A stretch of 64,000 nt of DNA from the NCBI GenBank assembly GCA_027622005.1, contig JAQBZH010000001.1, positions 124,473-188,472 on the forward strand, read 5' to 3'. Every line of letters begins with the position of its first letter. Positions within the stretch are counted from its first letter, which is position 1. The notes under the pieces were generated by a model. That model did not search any database. It was not told the origin of the DNA and worked only from the letters and a program-made list of their open reading frames with translations. Positions 45,085 through 54,964 of the stretch are shown piece after piece. Both the position numbers and the translations under genes were made by a program. Source of the stretch: Bacteroidota bacterium. GTDB lineage: Bacteria > Bacteroidota > Rhodothermia > Rhodothermales > UBA10348.

Positions 45085-48000
45085 ATGGCTCTCTTTTCCC
45101 CGCCTTCAGGTGGGCCAAAACCGTTTTGGATTGAATTATCACGGCTTTTGAAAGGCGTGACTTTAATAACGAGACGATTGATTATTCCGGATACCCTGTC
45201 TAAAAAATTCGGATATATTTTAGCCATTCTGCCCTTCATAGGCCTTACGCCAATGGCATGGAGCCAGCAGCGAATTGCACCCGAAGTGGTCAATGTGGTG
45301 GCTTTGATGGTGGAGTTTCAGCCCGATTCATCGCGATTTACAACAGGAAATGGGACGTTTGATGGGCCCCTGTTTAAAGGAGTCGAAGCTCCCCGGTTAG
45401 ATCCGCTTCCGCACGATGATTCGTATTTCAGCGCTCATCTGCGGTTTTTGGAGCATTACATCGCCAAAGTATCGGACGGTCGAACTGAAGTAAAAAGCTT
45501 TGTACTGCCCCATATCATCCGAGTCTCTCATGAAATGGGTTATTACAGTCCTACGGGCAAGGAGGCCGGTGGTGATCCAGAGTTATCGAAATTGGCTCGA
45601 ATGGTAAAAGAGGCTTGGACGGCTGCGGAATCCCAAAACGTTCAACTTCCGCCTGGAATTACTTCCTCAAACACGGCCTTTGTCCTGTTTCACGCTGGAG
45701 TTGGACGAGATATCGAGCTTTTAGGGACAACACTCGATAAAACCCCGGAAGATTTACCATCGCTGTACTTAGGCTCTGAGACCTTATCCCGTTTGGGAGC
45801 TGGTTCATTGATCGTTGATGGGGTTTCTGTCACTAACACGATGGTTATTCCTCGAACGGAATCCCGTTTAGGATTCGATTTCATTGCAGAGAAGCCATTT
45901 CTCATTGAGTTGTCGATCAATGGATTATTAGCGGCGAGCTTTTTGAATTATCTCGGGGTGCCTGATTTATTCAATTCACAAACAGGTGAAAGCGCCATTG
46001 GTCCATTCGACGTTATGGACGCTCTCGGTATTTTTGCATTTGGTGGTCTATTTCCACCTGAGCCCAGCGCTTGGACCAAACAGTTCGTCGGTTGGGCCGA
46101 AGTCAACACTTTTCAGGATGCAACCCTTAAATCGATCTCCCTTCGACACAGCGGTGATGCTAGTCGGAATGAGGTTGCCAAGGTCCCAATTTCTGACTCC
46201 GAATACTTTCTACTTGAAAACAGGCATCGTGACCCGGAAAATGACGGAATTCGGATGCAAGTGTGGAAGGATGGTGTGACTTCAGAAGTCGTGTTTCCCA
46301 ACGCGGATCCGAAATTTAACGATGTTACTATATCCGGATTCGAAGGGGGCGTTGTAGTTGCGGTGGATCAATACGATTTCGCTTTACCAGGAGGCGAGGA
46401 TGAGTTCGGAAACCCTCTTGTCGGAGGAATACTGATTTGGCATATTGACGAAAACCGAATTCGTGAGGGGATTTTGACCAACCGGGTCAACGCGGATCCA
46501 GCCAGCAGAGGCATTGATCTTGAAGAGGCGGATAGTGGGCAGGACATCGGATTTAGTTCTAATGGCGGTCTCTTTGGCCCACGATTCGATCTAGGATCTC
46601 CGTTTGATTTCTGGTTTCAGTCAAATCCGGTAAAGATTCGAACCACATCAGGCCGTGAAATCGCGCTCTATGAAAACAGGTTTGCGACCGACACCTTTCC
46701 GTCAAGTCATGGAAATAACGGTACGTCCAGTTCAATTTCGATTTCAAATATTTCTGATCCGGGGCCAGAAATGACCTTCATATTGGATCAAAACGATTCG
46801 TCCATTTGGAAGTCTGAAAGTCAGCAAATGGTGTCTTTTCCGTCGGGCCCAATTTCTGGGGAGTCCACGTTGGGATTGTTGCCATCGACTTCCAGCGAAC
46901 CTAATCCATTCGTGTTCGGAGGTGTCCAAGGGCGAGATAGCGGCCTTTGGACTGCTCAGACGCCGTATCGTGGTGTCGAAGCTATTCGGCCGATTACAGG
47001 TCCCTTCGGACTGATTGCAGTACAAAATGATGCGTTGGTGTGGATAGACGCTTCCGGCCTACTTCGGAGCGCCTCTTTCGGGGCGACGGGGGGATCCGGT
47101 CGCCCCACGTCCAACTTGGCCTGGTATGCGGAAGGATCACAATACCATGTACGGCTTGGGGTTATGTTACCCAGTGGCCCGGTAATGGCCCACGGAATAA
47201 TCGGACCCAACCAGTCCTTTACCGTTTCCTTAGAGACCGTTTCCGCACCCGTAAAACGCATCGTTCAGCGTTCTCGGAGCACGGCTACTGCCTTCATATT
47301 GATTGGGAACGAGTTGTTGGATGAAGCCACCGGAAGAAAGATTGATTTAGAATTGCCCGTAATTGCGGGTAACGACCTTTCCACGGCATTTTCGTTTGAT
47401 GTTGGACTTGATCGGGATGGTTGGATGGTGGCGTATACGAACCCAGTGACTTCAACCCTTCAAATCGTGCATGAATCAGGAGAAAGATTCACGACTTCGT
47501 TTTCAGCCTGTGTTCCTGGCCATCCCGTTTTTGCCGACTTGAGTTTAGATGCCAGAGGAGATGTTTTGGTTAGTTGCGGGGATGAGCTTTTTGGATTTCA
47601 TGCCAACGGCGTCTTGATGGGCGGTTTTCCATTTAAATTGAAAGGCGCGGCCACCTCGGAGCCAATTTTTGTTGAGCAGTCTGGCTCAAGTCTAAAATAT
47701 GCCATGGTTCAAACGGATCTTGGAAACTTGGATGGATTCGCTCTAGGGCAAAGTTTACAGCGCATAGAAGGATTTCCGCTTTCGATTGGAAGTCCCTCAG
47801 AAACGGCGCCGTTCGTTTGGGATAATCACATTCTGACGCTTTCCGGAAATGGGACCTTAAAAACGTGGTCGACCATCGCCGGGGCAAGCCTTTCATCCAG
47901 AAATATTGTGGGACGGGACTTGGCGTATGTAATGATCAACACTCCTCCGGACAAAACCGTCTCCGGAACGCTCCTGACGCAATCAGAAACGTACAATTGG

Positions 48001-48258
48001 CCGAATCCGATTTCCGAAGGTCGAACTCACATTCGATTTATGACCACCGAAGCGTCAGAAGTAGTTGTAACGATTGTGGATACGACCGGGCAATTGGTAG
48101 AAAAATTCGAATCGGTTTCCACCATTGGGGGCCTTCCTGCGGAGATCATGTGGACCACCGGGGCGCAAAGTGGGGTGTATATCGCCCGGGTTCAGGCTCG
48201 TGCAGTCGGTGGGAGTAAGAGCGATACCCGTCTAATTAAAATGGCCATTGTTCGATGA
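45085..48258 (+). CDS. secreted M6 (immune inhibitor A)-like domain protein lacking HExxH, with beta-propeller-like repeats and a T9SS C-terminal domain
   Basis: 1057-aa ORF. A TTG at 45178 gives a signal-like start. It has M6-like blocks (VVALMVEFQPD, FVLFHAGVGRD, LNYLGVPDLF...GPFDVMD). Repeated G-FP motifs occur in the C-terminal half. The CTD reads YNWPNPISEGRTHIRF...GVYIARVQA. Confidence 0.7.
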   Translation: MALFSPPSGGPKPFWIELSRLLKGVTLITRRLIIPDTLSKKFGYILAILPFIGLTPMAWSQQRIAPEVVNVVALMVEFQPDSSRFTTGNGTFDGPLFKGVEAPRLDPLPHDDSYFSAHLRFLEHYIAKVSDGRTEVKSFVLPHIIRVSHEMGYYSPTGKEAGGDPELSKLARMVKEAWTAAESQNVQLPPGITSSNTAFVLFHAGVGRDIELLGTTLDKTPEDLPSLYLGSETLSRLGAGSLIVDGVSVTNTMVIPRTESRLGFDFIAEKPFLIELSINGLLAASFLNYLGVPDLFNSQTGESAIGPFDVMDALGIFAFGGLFPPEPSAWTKQFVGWAEVNTFQDATLKSISLRHSGDASRNEVAKVPISDSEYFLLENRHRDPENDGIRMQVWKDGVTSEVVFPNADPKFNDVTISGFEGGVVVAVDQYDFALPGGEDEFGNPLVGGILIWHIDENRIREGILTNRVNADPASRGIDLEEADSGQDIGFSSNGGLFGPRFDLGSPFDFWFQSNPVKIRTTSGREIALYENRFATDTFPSSHGNNGTSSSISISNISDPGPEMTFILDQNDSSIWKSESQQMVSFPSGPISGESTLGLLPSTSSEPNPFVFGGVQGRDSGLWTAQTPYRGVEAIRPITGPFGLIAVQNDALVWIDASGLLRSASFGATGGSGRPTSNLAWYAEGSQYHVRLGVMLPSGPVMAHGIIGPNQSFTVSLETVSAPVKRIVQRSRSTATAFILIGNELLDEATGRKIDLELPVIAGNDLSTAFSFDVGLDRDGWMVAYTNPVTSTLQIVHESGERFTTSFSACVPGHPVFADLSLDARGDVLVSCGDELFGFHANGVLMGGFPFKLKGAATSEPIFVEQSGSSLKYAMVQTDLGNLDGFALGQSLQRIEGFPLSIGSPSETAPFVWDNHILTLSGNGTLKTWSTIAGASLSSRNIVGRDLAYVMINTPPDKTVSGTLLTQSETYNWPNPISEGRTHIRFMTTEASEVVVTIVDTTGQLVEKFESVSTIGGLPAEIMWTTGAQSGVYIARVQARAVGGSKSDTRLIKMAIVR

Positions 48259-51200
48259 GAAATCAGTTCCGAAATATGCTGGTTTTTCTCGTGATGGGTA
48301 GCGCTTGGTTTTCCGAAGCCACCGCTCAGGAATCCCTCGCGTGGTACGATTACGTTCGTAGCGACCTCAAGTGGTATACGATCGAAACGGAGCACTTTTT
48401 AGTCCATTTCCATTCGGATGAGACGGGCGAAGGAAGTCGAACAGCGCGTGTGGTTTCCGAAATCGCAGAAGACATGTACGGCCCCATCACGGATCTATAT
48501 GATTTTGAGATGGACCAAAAAGTCTCTTTTGTTTTAAAGGACTATGAGGACTACTCCAACGGGGCAGCCTACTTTTTCGATAATATCATTGAAATTTGGG
48601 CGCCTGCCCTCAATACTCCTTTTCGCGGCGACCATAATTGGCTCAGGAACGTGATTTCTCATGAGTTCACGCATATGGTTCAGGTGCAAAAGACCATGAA
48701 AACCACGCGTAAGCTGCCTTTCATGTACCTGCAGTTTTTGAATTATGAAAAGGTTACTCGGCCCGATGTGTTGTACGGTTTTCCAAACGTATTGGCATCG
48801 TACCCCATTCCGATTCTAAACAATCCGGCTTGGCTAGCGGAAGGAAGTGCTCAATATCAACGAGCATCCTCTGACTATGACCGGTGGGATTCGCATCGAG
48901 ATATGATGCTTCGAACCCAGATTTTGGCAGGTGAAGAACTCACCCTCGCTGAGATGGGTGGTTTTTACTCCCACACGAGTCTGATGAGGGAATCCGTGTA
49001 TAATCATGGATTCGCCTTCAGTCTATACCTCGCCAATCGATTTGGCGAAGATGGGCTTAGAACGTTAAGCGCCGAACTTGGGAAGTGGTCTAACTGGAAT
49101 TTTGAGCAAGCCGCTTTTGACGCTTTTGGTATTCGCGGCGAAGATATTTACACCGAATGGATTACCAGTCTAAGGGCCTTTTACTCCGAAAATGCGCCCC
49201 CAGGAACGGATTCCGAGGTTAAATACATTGAGCGTGATGGGTTTAACAATTTTTACGCCCGCGTATCTCGCGACGGATCAAAAGTAGCTTACATCTCCAA
49301 TAAGGGAGAAGATTTTAGTTCAACCGGGATCTGGATCCACTCCCTGACAGAGGAAAATGGTTCTCCGAAAATGACAGATGTGCATGGATCGGCCGGAATC
49401 AGTCCTTCGAACGCGCGTTTGATCTTATCGGGCGAAGAGCTAGGGTTCGGATCCGATTATACTTGTTCGCTCGGGCACAAATTGCTATCGGCCGTTTCGG
49501 GGCCAATCGATTGGATTTCCAATACAAAACTGGTGTATTCAAAGTCAAAAGACACGCCCGAAGGGTATTTGTATTTGGATTTGTGGTCCTATGACATTGA
49601 AACAGAGGAAAAAGTACAACTTACTCGCAACGCCCGGGCTTCGTCCCCATCCGTCTCAAAGGACGGTTCGTTTATCGCATTCGTGACCCAATATGACGGT
49701 ACTACCAATCTGCAATTGCTAGATGTCGCGTCTGGTGAAACGAAGGCGTTAACCAATTTCGTCGATGGCTCGCAGGTTACGGAGCCCGTTTTCGACCATT
49801 CCGATGAGTGGATTTATTTTGGACTCAGCATCGGCCATGGCAGGGATATTTATCGGGTGAATCGGAATACGAAGTCCATTGAACCAGTCATGGCAGAGGT
49901 TTGGGATGATCGGTCGCCGGCGTTCGATCAAGCCGGAAATATGGTTTTTTCATCCGATAGAAGCGGAATTTTCAATTTGTATCGACGGGAGTCTTCTGGT
50001 GAGATCGTGCAACTTACCGTCGAGCAGGGTGGCGCATTTATGCCGTCGTTTGGCCCGGATGGTAATATCGTATACAGCCGATATGAAGCCTCGGGATATA
50101 AAATAGCGGCAATCAAACCCGAGGTGCGCGAAACATCGCCGAGTTATCAAACGCCGCCGTTTCTAGCTAAAACTGCGTCGAAAGGGGATATATCTGCTTT
50201 TGAGCAAGCATTAAATAGCGCCGATGACGCCGCCATCAGAACGTTTTCGGCAGCGGAGATGGAGTCTGTTAAAGCTTACCGTCCGGTATTTACATCGGTA
50301 AGCTTTTTGCCGGTGCTGCGCCTCGACCAGTATGTTTCTAGGAAGCGCAGCCGAACTGATGTTCGGTTAAAAGATCGAACTCGAGCGGAAACCTTGTGGC
50401 GGAATACCAAGGTTGGAATGTATGCAAGCACGCGTGAAGTACTCGGCGGATTCACCTTTTTTGGCGGCCTGTTGCTTGGACCTGGATCAGGAAACGCAAA
50501 ATCACTTCTCGATGGATTGTCGCCTTCAAACCTGCTCGATTTGGAGCGCGATGCCATTCTGCAGGTAGATTACGCCAAGGGACTTCCTTTCATCCATAAA
50601 AGATGGTCACCTCAGTTTTCGGCTCAACTTTTTAACATCCGTCGAAACGTCGAAAACGGACTCGCAATCGAGGAATTTCCATGTACGGCCTGTTACCCAG
50701 ATTCGACCCTTGCTGATCTAGCTTACGATCTGTGGGAAGTGGACTTTACCGCAAAAAGCAAGATCAACCGGGTCTTGCTGGCGCAAGTTGGCTATCGCTA
50801 CAGCCCTTATCGAGTAACTACCAAGCGATTCTTTTCGGAGGAATTGAAGCAAGCCATTCCGGCCAGTTCGTCTAAATACTATATCGGACGGGCGTTCCAC
50901 GCTAGTCTCATTTTTGAATCCTTTCACCCTTATCGGGACATGAACGTAGTTCCCACGGGTATTCGCGCTGAACTCAGTTACGAACGAGAGTCAGGGCGGT
51001 TATTAGAAGCATTTAGCATCCGTGATGGCCTATTAACGCCTCTGTACGCCAACGCCACCGTCAACCGCATATCATTTGATGTCAAGGGAGGTCTCCGATT
51101 GCCCGGCTGGCCAGGGGAAGGAGCTCACGGACTTGGCCTACGCCTGAGGACGACCGCCATCATCGGCAGAGAAGTCGATGACTTCTATAACGACTATGTC

Positions 51201-51614
51201 GGAGGATTGGTCGGAGCCCGGGGATATGCTTTTTATGCCCTCGGAGGTAATGAAACCGTTTGGGCCCAGATCAGCTATTCGTTTCCCGTGTTTCCTCGTG
51301 TCTCAAAGCAATTCTTATTTACTTACGTTGATAAAATCTACTTGAAAGTATACGCGGATGCCGCTACGGCTTGGTCAGGTGATTTTCCTGGACTCGGCAG
51401 CTTGAAGAAGGACGTCGGGGTTGAAGCGCGATTCGGACTTGGTTCTTTTTATTTGTTGCCCGCCGCTTTTTTCATTAGTAGCACGTACGGATTGGATTCG
51501 TTTAATTTTCAGCTAGACGAGGGATTTGTTACCCCGGATGGAAGTTCAACCATTCGATATGGCGGCACATGGCAGTGGCACGTAGGGCTACTTTTTGGTT
51601 TTGATCAATTATAG
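48255..51614 (+). CDS. large secreted multidomain protein: MA-clan HExxH peptidase-like N-domain, PD40/TolB-type beta-propeller repeats and a C-terminal barrel-like domain
   Basis: 1119 aa with a signal peptide. It has HEFTH (48660-48674) plus a downstream NPAWLAEGSAQY (Peptidase_MA_2-like). PD40-like repeats include SRDGSKVAYISN, SKDGSFIAFVTQYDGTTNLQLLD, FSSDRSGIFNLY and FGPDGNIVYSRY. The C-terminal third is beta-rich. Its ATG overlaps the upstream stop (ATGA). Confidence 0.7.
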   Translation: MRNQFRNMLVFLVMGSAWFSEATAQESLAWYDYVRSDLKWYTIETEHFLVHFHSDETGEGSRTARVVSEIAEDMYGPITDLYDFEMDQKVSFVLKDYEDYSNGAAYFFDNIIEIWAPALNTPFRGDHNWLRNVISHEFTHMVQVQKTMKTTRKLPFMYLQFLNYEKVTRPDVLYGFPNVLASYPIPILNNPAWLAEGSAQYQRASSDYDRWDSHRDMMLRTQILAGEELTLAEMGGFYSHTSLMRESVYNHGFAFSLYLANRFGEDGLRTLSAELGKWSNWNFEQAAFDAFGIRGEDIYTEWITSLRAFYSENAPPGTDSEVKYIERDGFNNFYARVSRDGSKVAYISNKGEDFSSTGIWIHSLTEENGSPKMTDVHGSAGISPSNARLILSGEELGFGSDYTCSLGHKLLSAVSGPIDWISNTKLVYSKSKDTPEGYLYLDLWSYDIETEEKVQLTRNARASSPSVSKDGSFIAFVTQYDGTTNLQLLDVASGETKALTNFVDGSQVTEPVFDHSDEWIYFGLSIGHGRDIYRVNRNTKSIEPVMAEVWDDRSPAFDQAGNMVFSSDRSGIFNLYRRESSGEIVQLTVEQGGAFMPSFGPDGNIVYSRYEASGYKIAAIKPEVRETSPSYQTPPFLAKTASKGDISAFEQALNSADDAAIRTFSAAEMESVKAYRPVFTSVSFLPVLRLDQYVSRKRSRTDVRLKDRTRAETLWRNTKVGMYASTREVLGGFTFFGGLLLGPGSGNAKSLLDGLSPSNLLDLERDAILQVDYAKGLPFIHKRWSPQFSAQLFNIRRNVENGLAIEEFPCTACYPDSTLADLAYDLWEVDFTAKSKINRVLLAQVGYRYSPYRVTTKRFFSEELKQAIPASSSKYYIGRAFHASLIFESFHPYRDMNVVPTGIRAELSYERESGRLLEAFSIRDGLLTPLYANATVNRISFDVKGGLRLPGWPGEGAHGLGLRLRTTAIIGREVDDFYNDYVGGLVGARGYAFYALGGNETVWAQISYSFPVFPRVSKQFLFTYVDKIYLKVYADAATAWSGDFPGLGSLKKDVGVEARFGLGSFYLLPAAFFISSTYGLDSFNFQLDEGFVTPDGSSTIRYGGTWQWHVGLLFGFDQL

Positions 51615-51619
51615 ATCGG

Positions 51620-52297
51620 GTGAATATGGACGCATCGATGATTTTTGGTTTGGGAGCGGTCATGATTGCCGTTGGACTGATTTTTCTTTGGATGCTTTTC
51701 AAAGACAACGACACCAAACGGCCTAGAGACATCGTTGAGTGGGTCGGAACGGTATTATCAACCCTTTTGATCATTTCAGCAGTGGCTTTGATGGCCCTCG
51801 CGAAATCATCCGAAAAAGTGGTAGTAAACGGTGGGCAAGTGGCAACGGAAGACGCTTTCCAGGATGCCATCATTGAAGTGCCTGCTTCCAATTTTTCTTT
51901 TAAAACTGTAAATCAGGATATCACGCAAAATCTGGATGATTTTAAAGGAAAGGTGGTCATTCTCAACTTCTGGGCGACATGGTGCGGGCCTTGTCTGAAA
52001 GAGATTCCTGATCTGAATCAGCTACAAAAGGAGTTTGGCGATCAAGGCCTCGTGGTTTTATCGGTTTCTGACGAAGAAAGAAGCTTACTTTTGTCGTTTG
52101 AAAATCAGCTCGAGTTGAATACAGAAAGCGTTTACGTGCCGCTTAATATTGATTTGCCGATGCCATTTACGGGTGCATTTTCTATTCGGCCAGCTTCTTT
52201 CATCATCGACAGAATGGGTATCGTTAGGCGGTATTTGCTGGGCGCTCGGAATTACGATTTCTTTAAAAAGGCAATCGAACCCTTAATGGAAGGATAA
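51620..52297 (+). CDS. TlpA-family thiol:disulfide oxidoreductase (membrane-anchored thioredoxin)
   Basis: 225 aa with N-terminal TM segments and a thioredoxin motif (NFWATWCGPCLKEIP). Confidence 0.85.
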   Translation: MNMDASMIFGLGAVMIAVGLIFLWMLFKDNDTKRPRDIVEWVGTVLSTLLIISAVALMALAKSSEKVVVNGGQVATEDAFQDAIIEVPASNFSFKTVNQDITQNLDDFKGKVVILNFWATWCGPCLKEIPDLNQLQKEFGDQGLVVLSVSDEERSLLLSFENQLELNTESVYVPLNIDLPMPFTGAFSIRPASFIIDRMGIVRRYLLGARNYDFFKKAIEPLMEG

Positions 52298-53319
52298 TGA
52301 TACGATTAACGACGCTTTTAGCAGGCCTATGCGTCTGTGCTGCGACTTCCGTAGCTCAACCGGTTGAAGGCCTGGTCGCTGTCGAGAGAGCGAAAGCCTT
52401 GGGGCTTGTCGGGTTTGACGCGTTTGTTGATCTCCGCTCTGAAATATTACATCCGTCGAGATACCAAACGATTTCCTACAGAGCTGATTTTCAGGATTTA
52501 GCGGCCGGAAGTCGAAGTGTCCCATTGGCTTTTGGACTTTCCGCGATCCTTCCGGGCGCCGGACAATTTTACAACAGACAATACGTCAAGGCGGGAGTAG
52601 CAGTCGCCCTTGAGGCAGCCGTGATTACCGGGTATTCCATACTGCGAACGCGAGGAACGGGCGCGGAGGATGCTTTTCAAGCCACCGCACATCAATCCTG
52701 GAGTCCCGTTAAGTATGCCAGTTGGTTAAATGACTACGCAACCTACCTGAACGAAGAAAGGGGTGGAAATATCACCGCCCCCTTGGTTCAATTGCCATCA
52801 TCAATCGATTTTACCCAGCCTGGAAGTTGGTCTTCTTCCGAAAGAGCAGCCGTAAACGCCATGTTTACGCAGATACGGGCTGTAGAACGACAAGTATTCC
52901 ATCCTGAAACAGGAGCGGCGTTCTCGCACCAAATTCCCGATTTTGCCGCGCAACAATACTATGAGCTGATTGGCAAATATTTTCAATTTGCACCGGGTTG
53001 GGAGGACTATTCCGATTGGAAAAATGCCCAGGGGGAATTTACGGTTGCCATAGACCCTGAACACACAGGCAGCGGCGGCTCAAAGCCCAACGTTTCGGTT
53101 TCCTTCTACCGGTATGCGGGGGATCATGCGGATGCACAGGACACCTTGCGTGAAGCAAGTAGAATATCCCTTTTGTTTGTATTTAACCACCTTTTGGCTG
53201 CTATTGATGCCGCAGTCAGCTCAAAATTGCACAATGACCGACTGGATACAAGTCTCGGCTTATCCTATGACGGTCCCGGACGCCCTACGCCGGTTGCGCG
53301 TCTTCAATTCTCTTTTTAA
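52297..53319 (+). CDS. DUF5683-domain protein
   Basis: 340 aa with a signal peptide. The DUF5683-type block is LSAILPGAGQFYNRQYVKAGVAVALE. Its ATG overlaps the upstream TAA by 1 nt. Confidence 0.65.
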   Translation: MIRLTTLLAGLCVCAATSVAQPVEGLVAVERAKALGLVGFDAFVDLRSEILHPSRYQTISYRADFQDLAAGSRSVPLAFGLSAILPGAGQFYNRQYVKAGVAVALEAAVITGYSILRTRGTGAEDAFQATAHQSWSPVKYASWLNDYATYLNEERGGNITAPLVQLPSSIDFTQPGSWSSSERAAVNAMFTQIRAVERQVFHPETGAAFSHQIPDFAAQQYYELIGKYFQFAPGWEDYSDWKNAQGEFTVAIDPEHTGSGGSKPNVSVSFYRYAGDHADAQDTLREASRISLLFVFNHLLAAIDAAVSSKLHNDRLDTSLGLSYDGPGRPTPVARLQFSF

Positions 53320-53470
53320 ATCGAGAAATGATTCGGGTTGAAATCGTCCAAGCCTGATGCAAGAAAAGGACATTCCTGATTTAACTTGATTTACCGGTTG
53401 CCGATGGCGATCATGTTGCGGTCAGAATTGGTCGAACACCCGTTTTATTCAATAATTTCTACTGATACCT

Positions 53471-54781
53471 ATGTCTTGGTACAAAAAATTACACTGGCAA
53501 ATCATCATTGGTCTCGTTCTAGGCCTCCTTTTCGGAGTACTCGCAGCAGCGCAAGGATGGAGCAAATTTACCTCAGATTGGATCGCTCCATGGGGAGAAA
53601 TCTTTTTGAGATTGTTGCTGTTAATCGCCGTGCCGCTGGTTTTAGCCTCACTTGTAACGGGGGTCGCGTCTTTATCTGATCTGAAGAAACTATCGAGGAT
53701 CGGAGGTAAAACAATAGCGATTTACATGTGCACAACGGTTATCGCATTGGTCATTGGTCTAATTCTGGTCAATTTATTAGAGCCAGGAGCAGGTGTGCCG
53801 GATGAAATGAGGCAAAAATTACAGGATACCTATGCCGATCAGGCTGCATCGGGCTTAGAGACGGCCGCCGCGGCTTCAGAAAGAGGGCCGCTGTATCCCC
53901 TCGTAAACATGGTTCCTGGTAATTTCTTTGAGGCAGCCTCCTCAAACCGAAACATGCTGCAGGTGGTATTCTTTGCCATTTTTGCAGGAATTGCTCTTCT
54001 GATGATTCCGAGAGATAAGGCAAAGCCCTTATTGGACGTGTTTGAAAGCCTAAATGACATGATCATTCGGATGGTCGAAATTATCATGTTGTTTGCACCA
54101 ATCGGGGTATTTGCCCTGATGGCTGGCACGATTACCAGTATTGCCGGTGATGATCTGGGACAAATTCTTGAGCTCCTAGGTGCGCTCGGTTTTTATTGTA
54201 TTGTGGTTTTATTGGGTCTTATTGCACATATGACGATTGTCTACGGAAGTATGGTGCGATTTTTTACTCCGCGAAGTATTGGGGACTTCATGAGAGCCAT
54301 GGCTCCAGCCCAACTCGTCGCTTTTTCTACTTCTTCTAGCGGGGCAACTTTACCCGTAACCATGGAGCGATGTGAAAAAGAGCTTGGAGTGTCAGAAGAA
54401 GTCTCATCGTTTGTATTGCCGCTCGGAGCTACCATTAACATGGATGGGACGGGATTATATCAAGCGGTTGCAACGGTGTTTATCGCTCAAACGATGGGGA
54501 TGGATCTCGATATGGGCGCCCAATTGACTATTGTGTTTACCGCTGTGCTGGCCTCGATCGGGACGGCTGCTGTTCCCGGCGCGGGCATTATCATGCTAGT
54601 CATCATCCTTGAATCAGTCGGCGTTCCTTCGGCTGGCATTGCATTGATTCTTGGCGTTGATCGAATTCTGGACATGTGCCGGACCGTAACCAACGTCTCG
54701 GGGGATGCGACGGTGGCCGTTGTGGTTGCAGCAAGTGAGGGACAGTTACTTGATCCGTTACAAGTCTCTGTCTCGAATTGA
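53471..54781 (+). CDS. dicarboxylate/amino acid:cation symporter (DAACS family)
   Basis: 436 aa. N-terminal LHWQIIIGLVLGLLFG and the conserved blocks SSSGATLPVTM, PLGATINMDGT and GVPSAGIALILGVDRILDMCRTVTNVSGD. Confidence 0.9.
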   Translation: MSWYKKLHWQIIIGLVLGLLFGVLAAAQGWSKFTSDWIAPWGEIFLRLLLLIAVPLVLASLVTGVASLSDLKKLSRIGGKTIAIYMCTTVIALVIGLILVNLLEPGAGVPDEMRQKLQDTYADQAASGLETAAAASERGPLYPLVNMVPGNFFEAASSNRNMLQVVFFAIFAGIALLMIPRDKAKPLLDVFESLNDMIIRMVEIIMLFAPIGVFALMAGTITSIAGDDLGQILELLGALGFYCIVVLLGLIAHMTIVYGSMVRFFTPRSIGDFMRAMAPAQLVAFSTSSSGATLPVTMERCEKELGVSEEVSSFVLPLGATINMDGTGLYQAVATVFIAQTMGMDLDMGAQLTIVFTAVLASIGTAAVPGAGIIMLVIILESVGVPSAGIALILGVDRILDMCRTVTNVSGDATVAVVVAASEGQLLDPLQVSVSN

Positions 54782-54964
54782 TTCTAACGCGGCTAAGATC
54801 GTCTTACTTTGAGACTTATAACCAGCTAAAAAAAATAAATTAGACGATTTTGGGTCGCTAAGGGCGGACCCCAAGAGTTTGGCATCATCTTCGTAAGAAG
54901 CTCGGCAGTTCCTTGATATGTGACTGCCCTCACTCCTTCGAGATGTGTGAACCTCCTCTGAAAG

